Of a stretch of 64,000 nucleotides of DNA, positions 1 to 8,888 are shown piece after piece. Position 1 is the first letter of the stretch; the number at the start of each line of letters is the position of its first letter. The position numbers were made by a program, and so were the translations under genes. This DNA comes from a virus (taxonomy: Duplodnaviria > Heunggongvirae > Uroviricota > Caudoviricetes). The notes beneath the pieces were generated by a model. It worked only from the letters and a program-made list of their open reading frames with translations, did no database searches and was not told the DNA's origin. The stretch is taken from positions 27,744-91,743 of the IMG/VR virus record IMGVR_UViG_3300021426_000080. One strand, given 5' to 3'.

Positions 1-2234
1 TCATTGTAGACGGAACGGAAGTAGGAACACAGCAAACAAGCGTATCCGGCAGACAGATGACATATACGCTTCCTGCGCAGGCTCATGGATCGCATAATAT
101 TCGAGTCTATTTCGAAGCAACAATCAACGATGAAACTGTCCGCAGTAATGAGCTTTACTACGAGTTCATGTCTATTGAACCTCTTAACGATCAAATCATC
201 ATCACGAGTTCCTTCAACATGGCGGAAGTCAGTCAGTTTTCGTCAGTCGTGATCCCGTATAGAGTCTATGATCCGATGAACGATCATACCGAAGTAAAGC
301 TTTATGTGAATGAGTCCCTTGTTTCCACACAGGACGTTGATCGTACGGAACAAAGCTTCACGTATCGTGCTTCAACAGCAGGTGATATTACTTTCAGTAT
401 TACTGCTGGAAACGTTGTAAAACGAATTCAGTTCCACGTAAATGAAACTGATATTGATATTGAAGCCGAAACCGAAGATCTTGTGCTTTATCTGAATGCT
501 CAGGGACGTTCGAATAACGAATCGACCCGTGATATTTGGCAGTACGAAAACCCATCGACCCATCAGATTATTAAAGCTCAGCTTTCGAACTTTAACTGGG
601 TTCTGGACGGTTGGCATACCGATGATGATGGCATTAATGTTATGCGACTCGTCGACGACGCAAGAATGACGATTCCATATCAGCTGTTTGGAACAGATTT
701 TAAGGCTGGCGGAAAGACGATCGAGATTGAATTTGCGACCAGACAGGTTTCGGATTATAGCGCTACGATTCTCAGCTGTTTCGCTGATAACATCGGTTTG
801 AAGATTACGCCGCAGTCAGTCCTGTTCAAGGGCGCCCAGAATGAACTTAGTACTCTTTACAAAGAGAACGAGCACATCAGACTGAGCATTGTGATTGAAA
901 AGCAGACCGCCAACCGCCTGGTTCTTATTTATATTAACGGCGTAATGTCGAGAGCGATTCAGTATGCCTCGGGCGAGCGATTTAGTCAGTTGAATCCTGT
1001 AGGCATTACTCTCGGATCCAACGACTGTGGCCTTGATATTTACAATATTCGAGTTTACGATAACGATCTTAATCGCCAGCAGGTGTTGGATAACTGGATC
1101 GCTGATACTCAGGTTGGAGAAATTATGCTGCAGCGTTATACACACAATCAGGTATATAACACAAGCGGTGAAATCACAACAGCAAATCTACCGTCCGATC
1201 TTCCGTATTGGATTCTTGAGGCTCCGGAACTCCCGCAGTATAAAGGCGATAAGAAGACGATTTCCGGATCCTTCACGGTTCCTGGAAATTCGGCAAAGTC
1301 CTTCACATTTACTGGCGTCGAGATTGACGTTCAGGGTACCAGTTCTGCGATTTATTATCGAAAGAACTATGACCTGAAATTTAAGAATGGGTTTGATACG
1401 GCTGCTGGAAATGTTCCGAATTACGGTATCCGTGCAGCGTCTATCCCGTTCAATCGCTTTGTTCTTAAAGCTGATGTCGCTTCGTCCGAATCGGCAAATA
1501 ATACAGAGCTTTCGATGTTCTATCATGACAGCTGTCCGTATCGTACTCCGGCTATGCAGGAAAATCCGAGAGTTCGTTATGGTATCGAGGGCATTCCTAC
1601 CGTTGTTTTCTGGTACAATCCGGACGATCAGACAACGACGTTCCTCGGAAAGTATAACTTTAACCTTCCGAAGAGAGCGCCTGGTCCTTACGGATATTCT
1701 ACGTCGGATAATACGATGGAGAGCTGGGAAGTTGAAAGAAACAACTCGGAGAATGTTAAGTTCCAGGATGATGACTTTGTATCTACGTCTGTGGATGAAC
1801 TTGGCCAGGAATACCCAACATGGTATGATGACTGGGAGGCAAGATTCCCGAGCGATGAGTGGCGTGACTACTCAAAACTGAAAGAGTTTGTCGGCTGGGT
1901 GAAATCTACGAGACGAGAGACTGCAACGAACGAGAATCTTCCTGAGCCCGTTATATTTAAACTTCGGACAACAGTTACGGTAAGTGCCTATCCTGACGAT
2001 CAAAGCTATACTGTAGAGGACGAGATTGTGGATGGTGTAAGCACCGGATACAAGATCATGACCTTTACGAAAGATACTCCTGCATATCGACTTACGAAAT
2101 TCCGCGCGGAAGCTCAGGATTATATGGAAGTCGACAGCGCAGTATTTTATTACCTTTTCACTGAGCTGTTCCTTATGATTGACTCACGTGCAAAGAATAT
2201 GTTCATGGGCTTTGATGGAAGCCTGATTGAATAA
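1..2234 (+). CDS. tail fibre / receptor-binding protein with ConA-like (LamG) lectin domain, 5' partial
   Basis: Reading frame is open from the window start (no in-frame stop before ATG 57). Motif LVLIYINGV...DIYNIRVYDNDLNRQQVLDNW is typical of LamG/ConA-like lectin folds. First gene of the tail-fibre block. Confidence 0.6.
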   Translation, partial: IVDGTEVGTQQTSVSGRQMTYTLPAQAHGSHNIRVYFEATINDETVRSNELYYEFMSIEPLNDQIIITSSFNMAEVSQFSSVVIPYRVYDPMNDHTEVKLYVNESLVSTQDVDRTEQSFTYRASTAGDITFSITAGNVVKRIQFHVNETDIDIEAETEDLVLYLNAQGRSNNESTRDIWQYENPSTHQIIKAQLSNFNWVLDGWHTDDDGINVMRLVDDARMTIPYQLFGTDFKAGGKTIEIEFATRQVSDYSATILSCFADNIGLKITPQSVLFKGAQNELSTLYKENEHIRLSIVIEKQTANRLVLIYINGVMSRAIQYASGERFSQLNPVGITLGSNDCGLDIYNIRVYDNDLNRQQVLDNWIADTQVGEIMLQRYTHNQVYNTSGEITTANLPSDLPYWILEAPELPQYKGDKKTISGSFTVPGNSAKSFTFTGVEIDVQGTSSAIYYRKNYDLKFKNGFDTAAGNVPNYGIRAASIPFNRFVLKADVASSESANNTELSMFYHDSCPYRTPAMQENPRVRYGIEGIPTVVFWYNPDDQTTTFLGKYNFNLPKRAPGPYGYSTSDNTMESWEVERNNSENVKFQDDDFVSTSVDELGQEYPTWYDDWEARFPSDEWRDYSKLKEFVGWVKSTRRETATNENLPEPVIFKLRTTVTVSAYPDDQSYTVEDEIVDGVSTGYKIMTFTKDTPAYRLTKFRAEAQDYMEVDSAVFYYLFTELFLMIDSRAKNMFMGFDGSLIE

Positions 2235-2253
2235 GAGAGGAGGAAACAGAATT

Positions 2254-4371
2254 ATGGCTGACGAAAACCGTAAAATGAACCGGAGAGTAGTATTCGAGCC
2301 TTATGACATGGATACTGCAAATGGAACGAATAACTCCGGCGTTCTTATGTTTTCTCCTTATCTGGAGGACATTGACCGTGTTTCCAGCGTGATATCTGGC
2401 GGAGACGGTGTCGGTTCGGAGGCTCCTGTGTATAACGCACAGGACTCCGTCCTCTGGTGCAATATGAGAGATGCTTTCAAAGCCGAGATGATGGCCATGT
2501 ATCGGACTCTTCGTGCTAACGGCATCTGGAGTTATGACGAAGTAGAACAGCGATATGAAAACCATCAATCGATTTGGCCGGAAGCTATTTTCAATGAGGA
2601 CGCCTGGGTTAAGTATATTATTCCGCTTGTTGATCCGGTAACCATTGATGAAGATACCGGTAAACCAATTCGAACGGATCGATATTTGACTATGCTGCAG
2701 GGTTCGAAAGAAGAGCAGCGTAAATGGTGGCTGTATAATCGGTTCCGTTATCTCGACAGTAAATACGATACGGGCAACGCTACTGCCAATACGATTAACA
2801 TTCGATTCTTTAACGAAGGCGTATTGAGAATTAAAGCCGCAATCCCAATGTATATTGCGGTCAGCTTTGGCGGCGGCACAACACCAATTCTGAAGCGTAC
2901 GGAAGTTGGTACGGCATCCGAGTTTCCTTATGTTGCTCCGACTGGCGTAACTGAAATGGAGACGTGGATTCACTCTGCGAATTTGATTACAGATGTCGGA
3001 GATTTGAGCCAGTTCTATCCAAACGAATGCGACTTCTCAAAAGCTGTATTGCTGAAAAGACTTAAGATTGGTGATGCGACCGAGGGATATTCTAATACCA
3101 ACTTGGTAACGCTGGACGTTCGTAACTGCCAGTTGCTGGAGTATATTGACTGCCGTAATTGCCCGAGACTAGGTATTACCGTTAATCTTGAGAATTCGCC
3201 TCGTCTGGTTGAAGCATATTTTGACGGAACGATTATCACGGGCGTTGATCTTGCGGACGGCTGCGTGATTGAGAAACTTCATTTGCCTGCCACGGTTACA
3301 GCCCTGACGCTTCTGAATCTGAAGAAGCTGAATGAGTTTGTGCTGCCGGATTATTCAAATATTTCTCGGCTGATGTTGTCCAACATTGACGCTTCTGTCG
3401 TAAATCCGGTAACGATTCTGAATGCGATCCCAGCAAGGTCCCAGGTTAATATTCAGGGATTATATTTGACCTTTGCGTCTCTGTCTGAGATTGAAGACTT
3501 CTACGATTTGCTGGACACTATGACCGGTGTAACGAGAGAACGCAGCTCCACGACCGGAGAATGGGTCTATCATGACGAAGAGAATGCGATTGTCAGCGGC
3601 GAAGTACATACCGGGACGCTTACTGGAGAGCAGATTGATGCGCTGATGGCTCGGTATCCTTATATTCGTGTAACGGCCGATCATTTGTCAACAGAATTGA
3701 AGTACTATAACTATGACGGCACGACATTGCTGCACACGGAAACAATCCTTGACAGTGGTGACGGCTCGTGGAATGGAAATCCGACAAGAACCGCAGATGC
3801 TCAGTATACTTATACGTTTGCTGGCTGGTCTTTGTATCAGGACGGCTCTGCCGACATGAATGCAACAAAGAATGTAAGTCGGAATCGTTCGGTGTATGCG
3901 GCGTATACAAAGACTGTCAATACTTATACCGTAACGTGGAAGAACGCCGATGGAACAGTACTTGAAACTGATAATAATGTTCCTTATGGAACCGTTCCCA
4001 CCTATGACGGAGAAACTCCTACACAAGACGGCGTAGAATCAACCGGCTGGACTCCTGAGGTCGCTTCTGTAACTGGGAACGCTGTCTATACCGCAACTTA
4101 TATTCCGCATTATACTGCGACATTTGTTACATCTGAGGATGACGGTGGGCAGACTCTGTGGTCAGGACGCTTTGCCGAGAATACGACTCCTGTCTACGGT
4201 GGATCCACACCCACTACAACCCAGGGTGACAGTACCGAGTTCGAGTTCATCGGCTGGGAGCCTGCACTTGGACCTATTACAACAAACACAACCTATACCG
4301 CGAAATTCCAGGATATGAGAGCATTGACGATTCAGTTCCTGGCGCGGACCATGAAAGAATACGAGGGGTGA
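2254..4371 (+). CDS. tail fibre / receptor-binding protein with LRR block and Listeria-Bacteroides (Flg_new-type) repeats
   Basis: RBS AGAGGAGG upstream of ATG 2254 (the track start at 2227 is TTG). LRR-like LxxLxLxxN stretch (LVTLDVRNCQLLEYIDCRNCPRL...). Repeated ~35-aa units YTVTWKN.DGT...P.YDG..PT. C-terminal QFLARTMKEYEG module shared with 6910..8151. Confidence 0.65.
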   Translation: MADENRKMNRRVVFEPYDMDTANGTNNSGVLMFSPYLEDIDRVSSVISGGDGVGSEAPVYNAQDSVLWCNMRDAFKAEMMAMYRTLRANGIWSYDEVEQRYENHQSIWPEAIFNEDAWVKYIIPLVDPVTIDEDTGKPIRTDRYLTMLQGSKEEQRKWWLYNRFRYLDSKYDTGNATANTINIRFFNEGVLRIKAAIPMYIAVSFGGGTTPILKRTEVGTASEFPYVAPTGVTEMETWIHSANLITDVGDLSQFYPNECDFSKAVLLKRLKIGDATEGYSNTNLVTLDVRNCQLLEYIDCRNCPRLGITVNLENSPRLVEAYFDGTIITGVDLADGCVIEKLHLPATVTALTLLNLKKLNEFVLPDYSNISRLMLSNIDASVVNPVTILNAIPARSQVNIQGLYLTFASLSEIEDFYDLLDTMTGVTRERSSTTGEWVYHDEENAIVSGEVHTGTLTGEQIDALMARYPYIRVTADHLSTELKYYNYDGTTLLHTETILDSGDGSWNGNPTRTADAQYTYTFAGWSLYQDGSADMNATKNVSRNRSVYAAYTKTVNTYTVTWKNADGTVLETDNNVPYGTVPTYDGETPTQDGVESTGWTPEVASVTGNAVYTATYIPHYTATFVTSEDDGGQTLWSGRFAENTTPVYGGSTPTTTQGDSTEFEFIGWEPALGPITTNTTYTAKFQDMRALTIQFLARTMKEYEG

Positions 4372-4381
4372 AACAAACCTT

Positions 4382-5407
4382 ATGAGTATATCGAAAGTTG
4401 GCCAGTATGCCTTTTATAATCATCCAAATTTGGAAAAAGCTACTGTCAGCGCTCCGGTTATTGAAGCATACGCATTTCAGAGTTCCGAGAAGCTTAATAC
4501 GGTGGATCTGACATCGGATGCTGCAGTTACGATTAACGAGAACGCTTTCAAAGACTGCTCGAATCTAATTCATCTGGTTGTGAGAAGTTCAACGTTAAGT
4601 GCTTTGTCTGCAACTTCGGCGCTTGACGGTACAAAATTCAAGCTCGGCGACGGCGGCATTTATGTTCCGGAAGATCTTCTTGATTCCTATAAGTCTGCAA
4701 CGAACTGGAATGTATTCGCCAAGAATATTTACCCGATTGGAGAATATCCGAGAACTAATTTTGATACGATCGGCGACAGCTGGGCAACGATTTTTGCCAA
4801 TTCTTCCTATGCAACCGCTTATGCCGTTAAAGATACTAAAACAATGGAATTAACGGATGGAACTAAAATCAAAATGGACTTAGCTGCCTTTGATACTGAT
4901 GATAAATCCGATAACAGTGGTAAAGCAAAAATTACTTGGATTAGTCATTGTGCTTTGCCTTCGGTCAGTTTTGGTAGTGTGTCATCAAATGAATATGGCT
5001 GGAATGATTCAAAATTGCGCACCTATCTTATTGATAATATTTTACAGAAGATACCTAATGAAATAAAGAGCCACATCGTATCAGTTAATAAAAGCTATAA
5101 ACAATGTGATAGCACCACCAGCGCTCTGACAGAATATACCATTGATGACATGATATGGGCGCCGTCGATTAAAGAGGTTAATATTAGTGATGATAAATCC
5201 GAAGTCGATGGTGTCGTGTATTCGTCGTATTTTTCGAATAATGCCTCGAGAATCAAATTGTCATTAGAAACCTTAAGTGCAAATGGCTGGTGGTTGCGAA
5301 GTGTTGGTACTGGTAAAACTTTTGGAATAGTTTCGAATTATGGCGAACGTAGATGGTTAACGACCAATAATAGATCGGGCATCGTCTTCGGCTTCTGCAC
5401 CGACTAA
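4382..5407 (+). CDS. BspA-type LRR receptor-binding / tail-associated protein, paralog A
   Basis: N-terminal BspA-like LRR repeats (AYAFQSSEKLNTVDL...ENAFKDCSNLIHLVV). C-terminal domain ends GIVFGFCTD. Paralogous to 5428..6543 with a near-identical 70-nt DNA segment. Confidence 0.6.
   Translation: MSISKVGQYAFYNHPNLEKATVSAPVIEAYAFQSSEKLNTVDLTSDAAVTINENAFKDCSNLIHLVVRSSTLSALSATSALDGTKFKLGDGGIYVPEDLLDSYKSATNWNVFAKNIYPIGEYPRTNFDTIGDSWATIFANSSYATAYAVKDTKTMELTDGTKIKMDLAAFDTDDKSDNSGKAKITWISHCALPSVSFGSVSSNEYGWNDSKLRTYLIDNILQKIPNEIKSHIVSVNKSYKQCDSTTSALTEYTIDDMIWAPSIKEVNISDDKSEVDGVVYSSYFSNNASRIKLSLETLSANGWWLRSVGTGKTFGIVSNYGERRWLTTNNRSGIVFGFCTD
4813..4884. repeat. near-identical ~70-nt segment shared with 5958..6029 (inside paralogous fibre genes)
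   Basis: ACCGCTTA(T/C)GCCGTTAAAGATACTAAAACAATGGAATTAACGGATGG...AAAATCAAAATGGA(C/T)TTAGC present in both genes, encoding ATAYAVKDTKTMELTDGTKIKMDLAA. Confidence 0.8.
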
Positions 5408-5427
5408 TCTGGAAATGAGGTGATTTT

Positions 5428-6543
5428 ATGTCTGAATTTGTAAATACCAGAGACGTTATCGGAGATCAGGCAACAGTTGACGGATTGGTCGAGCATAGTT
5501 TGACAGAGCTGAAAGAAGATGGAATCGGAATTGTAGAGACTTACGCGTGCTATAAAAATACTGGTCTACAGTCCGTGGAGTTTCCAGGTGTTTCACAGAT
5601 TAAGACATACGCGTTCTGTGATTGCAGTAATCTTGAGGTTGTCAAACTTGGAGGAGAAGGTTCTTCCAATTCACTTAGCATTGCGGAAAATGCATTTAAT
5701 GGGTGCTCGAAGTTAAAGCATTTGGTCATTGACCGGCCAGCAATGGCGACTCTGGCGGCGGTTTCCGGGCTTACAGGAACGCCAATTGCTAGAGGGGAAG
5801 GCGCCATTTATGTCCCAAACGAACTTTTGAGCACCTATAAAAGCGATAACGTTTGGAAGAACTTTTTCATTGCCGATAAGACGAAGTATCCGATGACTGA
5901 ATTTACCAGTCTTGCCGATTATTCCTGGTCCACAATTCTTACTAATCCGGATTATGCCACCGCTTACGCCGTTAAAGATACTAAAACAATGGAATTAACG
6001 GATGGCACCAAAATCAAAATGGATTTAGCGGCTATTGATACTGATGTTAAATCGGACAATAGCGGTACAGCTAAAATGACATGGATCTGCCATGGCATTC
6101 CTTATACCCATCGTATGAACGCGACTGGCGTCAGTACAGACGGATGGGTTGGTTCTGAAATGAGAAGTTGGCTTATAAGTGATATTTTGTCTAAGATACC
6201 AACTGAGATTAAATCTCATATTGTATCAGTAAAGAAATCTTATCGATCTAAATCTCCGAATGACGAGACTTTATGGTCTGATGACGAGATCTGGATTCCG
6301 TCCTATAAAGAAGTCGGATTTACAAAGGCGTCTTATGTTGAGTCCGATGGCGTTGTATATTCAACTCTTTTCACGACTCAACTATCACGAGCAAAACACA
6401 ACCCTTCCGGTTCATCGGGCAGCTGGTGGCTTCGGTCTGCTGACGGCACGACGGGGTTCATGTACGTGAGCACCAGTGGCAATGCGAGCAACAATTCCGC
6501 GAATTACTTGGACGGGGTCGTCTTCGGCTTCTGTACTGACTAA
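5428..6543 (+). CDS. BspA-type LRR receptor-binding / tail-associated protein, paralog B
   Basis: RBS GAGGTGA. Same architecture as 4382..5407 (LRR N-terminus, shared middle block, C-terminus GVVFGFCTD). Confidence 0.6.
   Translation: MSEFVNTRDVIGDQATVDGLVEHSLTELKEDGIGIVETYACYKNTGLQSVEFPGVSQIKTYAFCDCSNLEVVKLGGEGSSNSLSIAENAFNGCSKLKHLVIDRPAMATLAAVSGLTGTPIARGEGAIYVPNELLSTYKSDNVWKNFFIADKTKYPMTEFTSLADYSWSTILTNPDYATAYAVKDTKTMELTDGTKIKMDLAAIDTDVKSDNSGTAKMTWICHGIPYTHRMNATGVSTDGWVGSEMRSWLISDILSKIPTEIKSHIVSVKKSYRSKSPNDETLWSDDEIWIPSYKEVGFTKASYVESDGVVYSTLFTTQLSRAKHNPSGSSGSWWLRSADGTTGFMYVSTSGNASNNSANYLDGVVFGFCTD
5958..6029. repeat. second copy of the ~70-nt near-identical segment (see 4813..4884)
   Basis: Direct DNA-level comparison of the two paralogs. 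Confidence 0.8.
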
Positions 6544-6674
6544 TTCCTATCATAATGAAACTGCTTGGCGGGTCAGTTATTATTTTACAACCGCCGGTTA
6601 ATTGAATAAGGGACTCGCGGTTTCTCACTCATTTTCCACGGGTCCCACTTTTTATTTGAGAGGAGCGGTTTCTT

Positions 6675-6902
6675 ATGATCCGTTATACCAATCGAAAAAC
6701 CGTCGACTCCATAAAAGACGGAAATAAAACTACTTATCTGGAATACTTCGAAGGTTACTGTAATACATCGGATACACAGAGTGGTCTGCCTACTAAAAAT
6801 GTAGCAAACGGCAGCAATCTGATCGATACAGACACCGGATCCTGGTATTTCTTTAATGAAAAGACACAAACCTGGAGTAAATGGCGCGAGTTAAAGGAGT
6901 GA
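6675..6902 (+). CDS. hypothetical small protein (75 aa) within tail-fibre module
   Basis: RBS GAGAGGAG 7 nt upstream of ATG. No recognisable motif. Confidence 0.35.
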   Translation: MIRYTNRKTVDSIKDGNKTTYLEYFEGYCNTSDTQSGLPTKNVANGSNLIDTDTGSWYFFNEKTQTWSKWRELKE

Positions 6903-6909
6903 TGATCCG

Positions 6910-8151
6910 ATGAGATTGTCATTGCTTGATAATCGACGAAATTTTCTACTATACCTTGACGAAGACAAAGTTATTCCAAAGTATACGGTTACATGGAAAA
7001 ACTGGGATGGTTCTGATCTTTATGTGGACACTTCTGCTCCTGAAGGCGGAATTCCTGCCTATACAGGACCTACTCCGACAAAGCCTGCAACTCAGACAGT
7101 TCGCTACGAATTCGCCGGGTGGGAGCCTGCCATTACTGCAGTTACCGGAGACACGATTTACACCGCGACCTTTACCGAAGTTCCGATTATGGTCCAGGTT
7201 AAGTGGCTGAACTACGACTCCAGCGTAATCAAAATGGAAGAAGTTCAGGCCGGAACAAAGCCGACTTACAGCGACACTAATCCGACGAAACCCTCGACTA
7301 CGCAGTATCGTTATAACTTCACCGGCTGGAGTCCGAGTCCTGTAATTATTTACGAAGATACCGTCTACACGGCTCAGTTCCAGGAAGTTCCAAATACGGT
7401 CACGGCGACCTTTGTTAAGGATTCCTCTGACGGCGGCGGTACGATTAAGACCGTAACGGTAAACTATGGCGAAACTCCGGTCTTCGGTTCTGCTGATCCT
7501 ACGTCGACTAAGGGCATACCTCCGGAAATTACCTTCGAAGGATGGGAGCCCGCACTCGGACCAATTACTCAGAACATGACTTACACGGCTGTATTCAAGG
7601 ATAACAGACCTTATACTGTTCAGTTCTTGGCGCGGACTATTTCCGAATATACCGATATTCACGAAGCTCTTACTGCTGCGAACGTTACATGGCTGAACTG
7701 GGATGGAAGTCTACTGGAACTTGACCGAGATGTCCCGATCGGAACCACGCCAACATATAACGGAGCGACGCCTACTCGTCCTGCGGTTCCTGGTTATACC
7801 TATACTTTCGCAGGCTGGGACAAACAGATCGTGCCTCTGACAGACTACACGACTTATATTGCCGTCTATACCGAAGTTGTAGAGACTCATAAGGCAACCT
7901 TCGTAAAGGCCAGTGCCGACGGTGGTGGAACCCTACAGACAATTAATGCTGTTCCGTATAACACGACTCCGAATTATACAGCAGCTACCCCGACCACAAG
8001 CAAAGGAACTGCTGAAGTATTTCCGTTTATCGGATGGGATCCTCCGCTTGGACCGATGACTCAAGACACAACCTATACAGCAGTATTCGATGACTTGAGG
8101 CCATATACGGTAAAATTCCTGGATCGCAGTATTACGGAATATGAAGACTAA
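6910..8151 (+). CDS. Flg_new (Listeria-Bacteroides) repeat-containing tail fibre/adhesin protein
   Basis: RBS AAGGAG. About six repeats of the motif YTVTWKNWDGS...P.YTG.TPTKP / Y.F.GW.P. Two copies of the C-terminal module YTVQFLARTISEYTD / YTVKFLDRSITEYED. Confidence 0.6.
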   Translation: MRLSLLDNRRNFLLYLDEDKVIPKYTVTWKNWDGSDLYVDTSAPEGGIPAYTGPTPTKPATQTVRYEFAGWEPAITAVTGDTIYTATFTEVPIMVQVKWLNYDSSVIKMEEVQAGTKPTYSDTNPTKPSTTQYRYNFTGWSPSPVIIYEDTVYTAQFQEVPNTVTATFVKDSSDGGGTIKTVTVNYGETPVFGSADPTSTKGIPPEITFEGWEPALGPITQNMTYTAVFKDNRPYTVQFLARTISEYTDIHEALTAANVTWLNWDGSLLELDRDVPIGTTPTYNGATPTRPAVPGYTYTFAGWDKQIVPLTDYTTYIAVYTEVVETHKATFVKASADGGGTLQTINAVPYNTTPNYTAATPTTSKGTAEVFPFIGWDPPLGPMTQDTTYTAVFDDLRPYTVKFLDRSITEYED

Positions 8152-8175
8152 CATTAGCCGAAAGGAAAATTCAAA

Positions 8176-8463
8176 ATGGCAGTAGTTTATGAAACTTATC
8201 GCCCCGGTCTGATTCGAGCCTATTCCGATAAAGGGCTCTACATCAAGAATCCTGAGGGCGAAGTGTATTACGAGGCTATTGATCCGGATTGGACTCATCG
8301 GACTTATGAAGAGACCGAGGACGAAATTGAGATTGCTCCAGACGAAGCGCTCTCTATTATTTCCGGAGAAGATACCTATCAAAACTATGAAGAAAGCGAT
8401 GGGGACCTTCTTCAGTCTTCTGAAGAGGCCCTCAACGTTATTTTAGGAGGAGAAACCGAATGA
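8176..8463 (+). CDS. hypothetical acidic protein (95 aa)
   Basis: ORF with weak RBS AAAGGA 10 nt upstream. Highly acidic C-terminus. No motif recognised. Confidence 0.35.
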   Translation: MAVVYETYRPGLIRAYSDKGLYIKNPEGEVYYEAIDPDWTHRTYEETEDEIEIAPDEALSIISGEDTYQNYEESDGDLLQSSEEALNVILGGETE

Positions 8464-8852
8464 AACTTGCAAGAGCCATGGAACTTCGGGCGATTATTGA
8501 AGAGGCCATGAGCAAGGAAGACGATTCCGTTGTTCTTGAGACTCCTCAGCTCCTGCCCGAATGGAAGGCCGGTATCGCCTATAAGACCGGCAAGAAAATT
8601 CAGTATGGCGGAATTGTCTGGAAGGTTCTTCAGGATCATACCTCTCAGGAAGGCTGGGAACCGGGTGCGGCACCGAGTCTGTTTGCCGAAGTGCTGATTC
8701 CAGATCCGGATGTGATCCCTGAATGGAAGCAGCCTGACAGCACGAATCCGTATATGAAGGGCGACAAGGTTACTCACAACGGAAGCACCTGGGTATCCAC
8801 CATTGACAACAACGTCTGGGAACCAGGGGTCTACGGATGGGATCCGATATAA
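8460..8852 (+). CDS. carbohydrate-binding (CBM5/12-like) protein, two repeats
   Basis: RBS TTAGGAGGAG. Two aromatic-rich repeats (WKAGIAYKTGKKIQYGGIVWKVLQDHTSQEGWEPG and YMKGDKVTHNGSTWVSTIDNNVWEPGVYGW) match the W..G..Y..GD.V.YNG..Y...Q.HTSQ.GWEP pattern of CBM5/12. Confidence 0.5.
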   Translation: MKLARAMELRAIIEEAMSKEDDSVVLETPQLLPEWKAGIAYKTGKKIQYGGIVWKVLQDHTSQEGWEPGAAPSLFAEVLIPDPDVIPEWKQPDSTNPYMKGDKVTHNGSTWVSTIDNNVWEPGVYGWDPI

Positions 8853-8888
8853 TCTGACATCTCAAATTCAAAATGGAAGTGTAACGGT

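Noticed and set aside
3900-8100. Flg_new/Listeria-Bacteroides repeats as DNA tandem repeats or VNTR.
   Set aside because: Repetition is at the protein-domain level with diverged nucleotide sequence. Only the 70-nt segment in the LRR paralogs is near-identical DNA.
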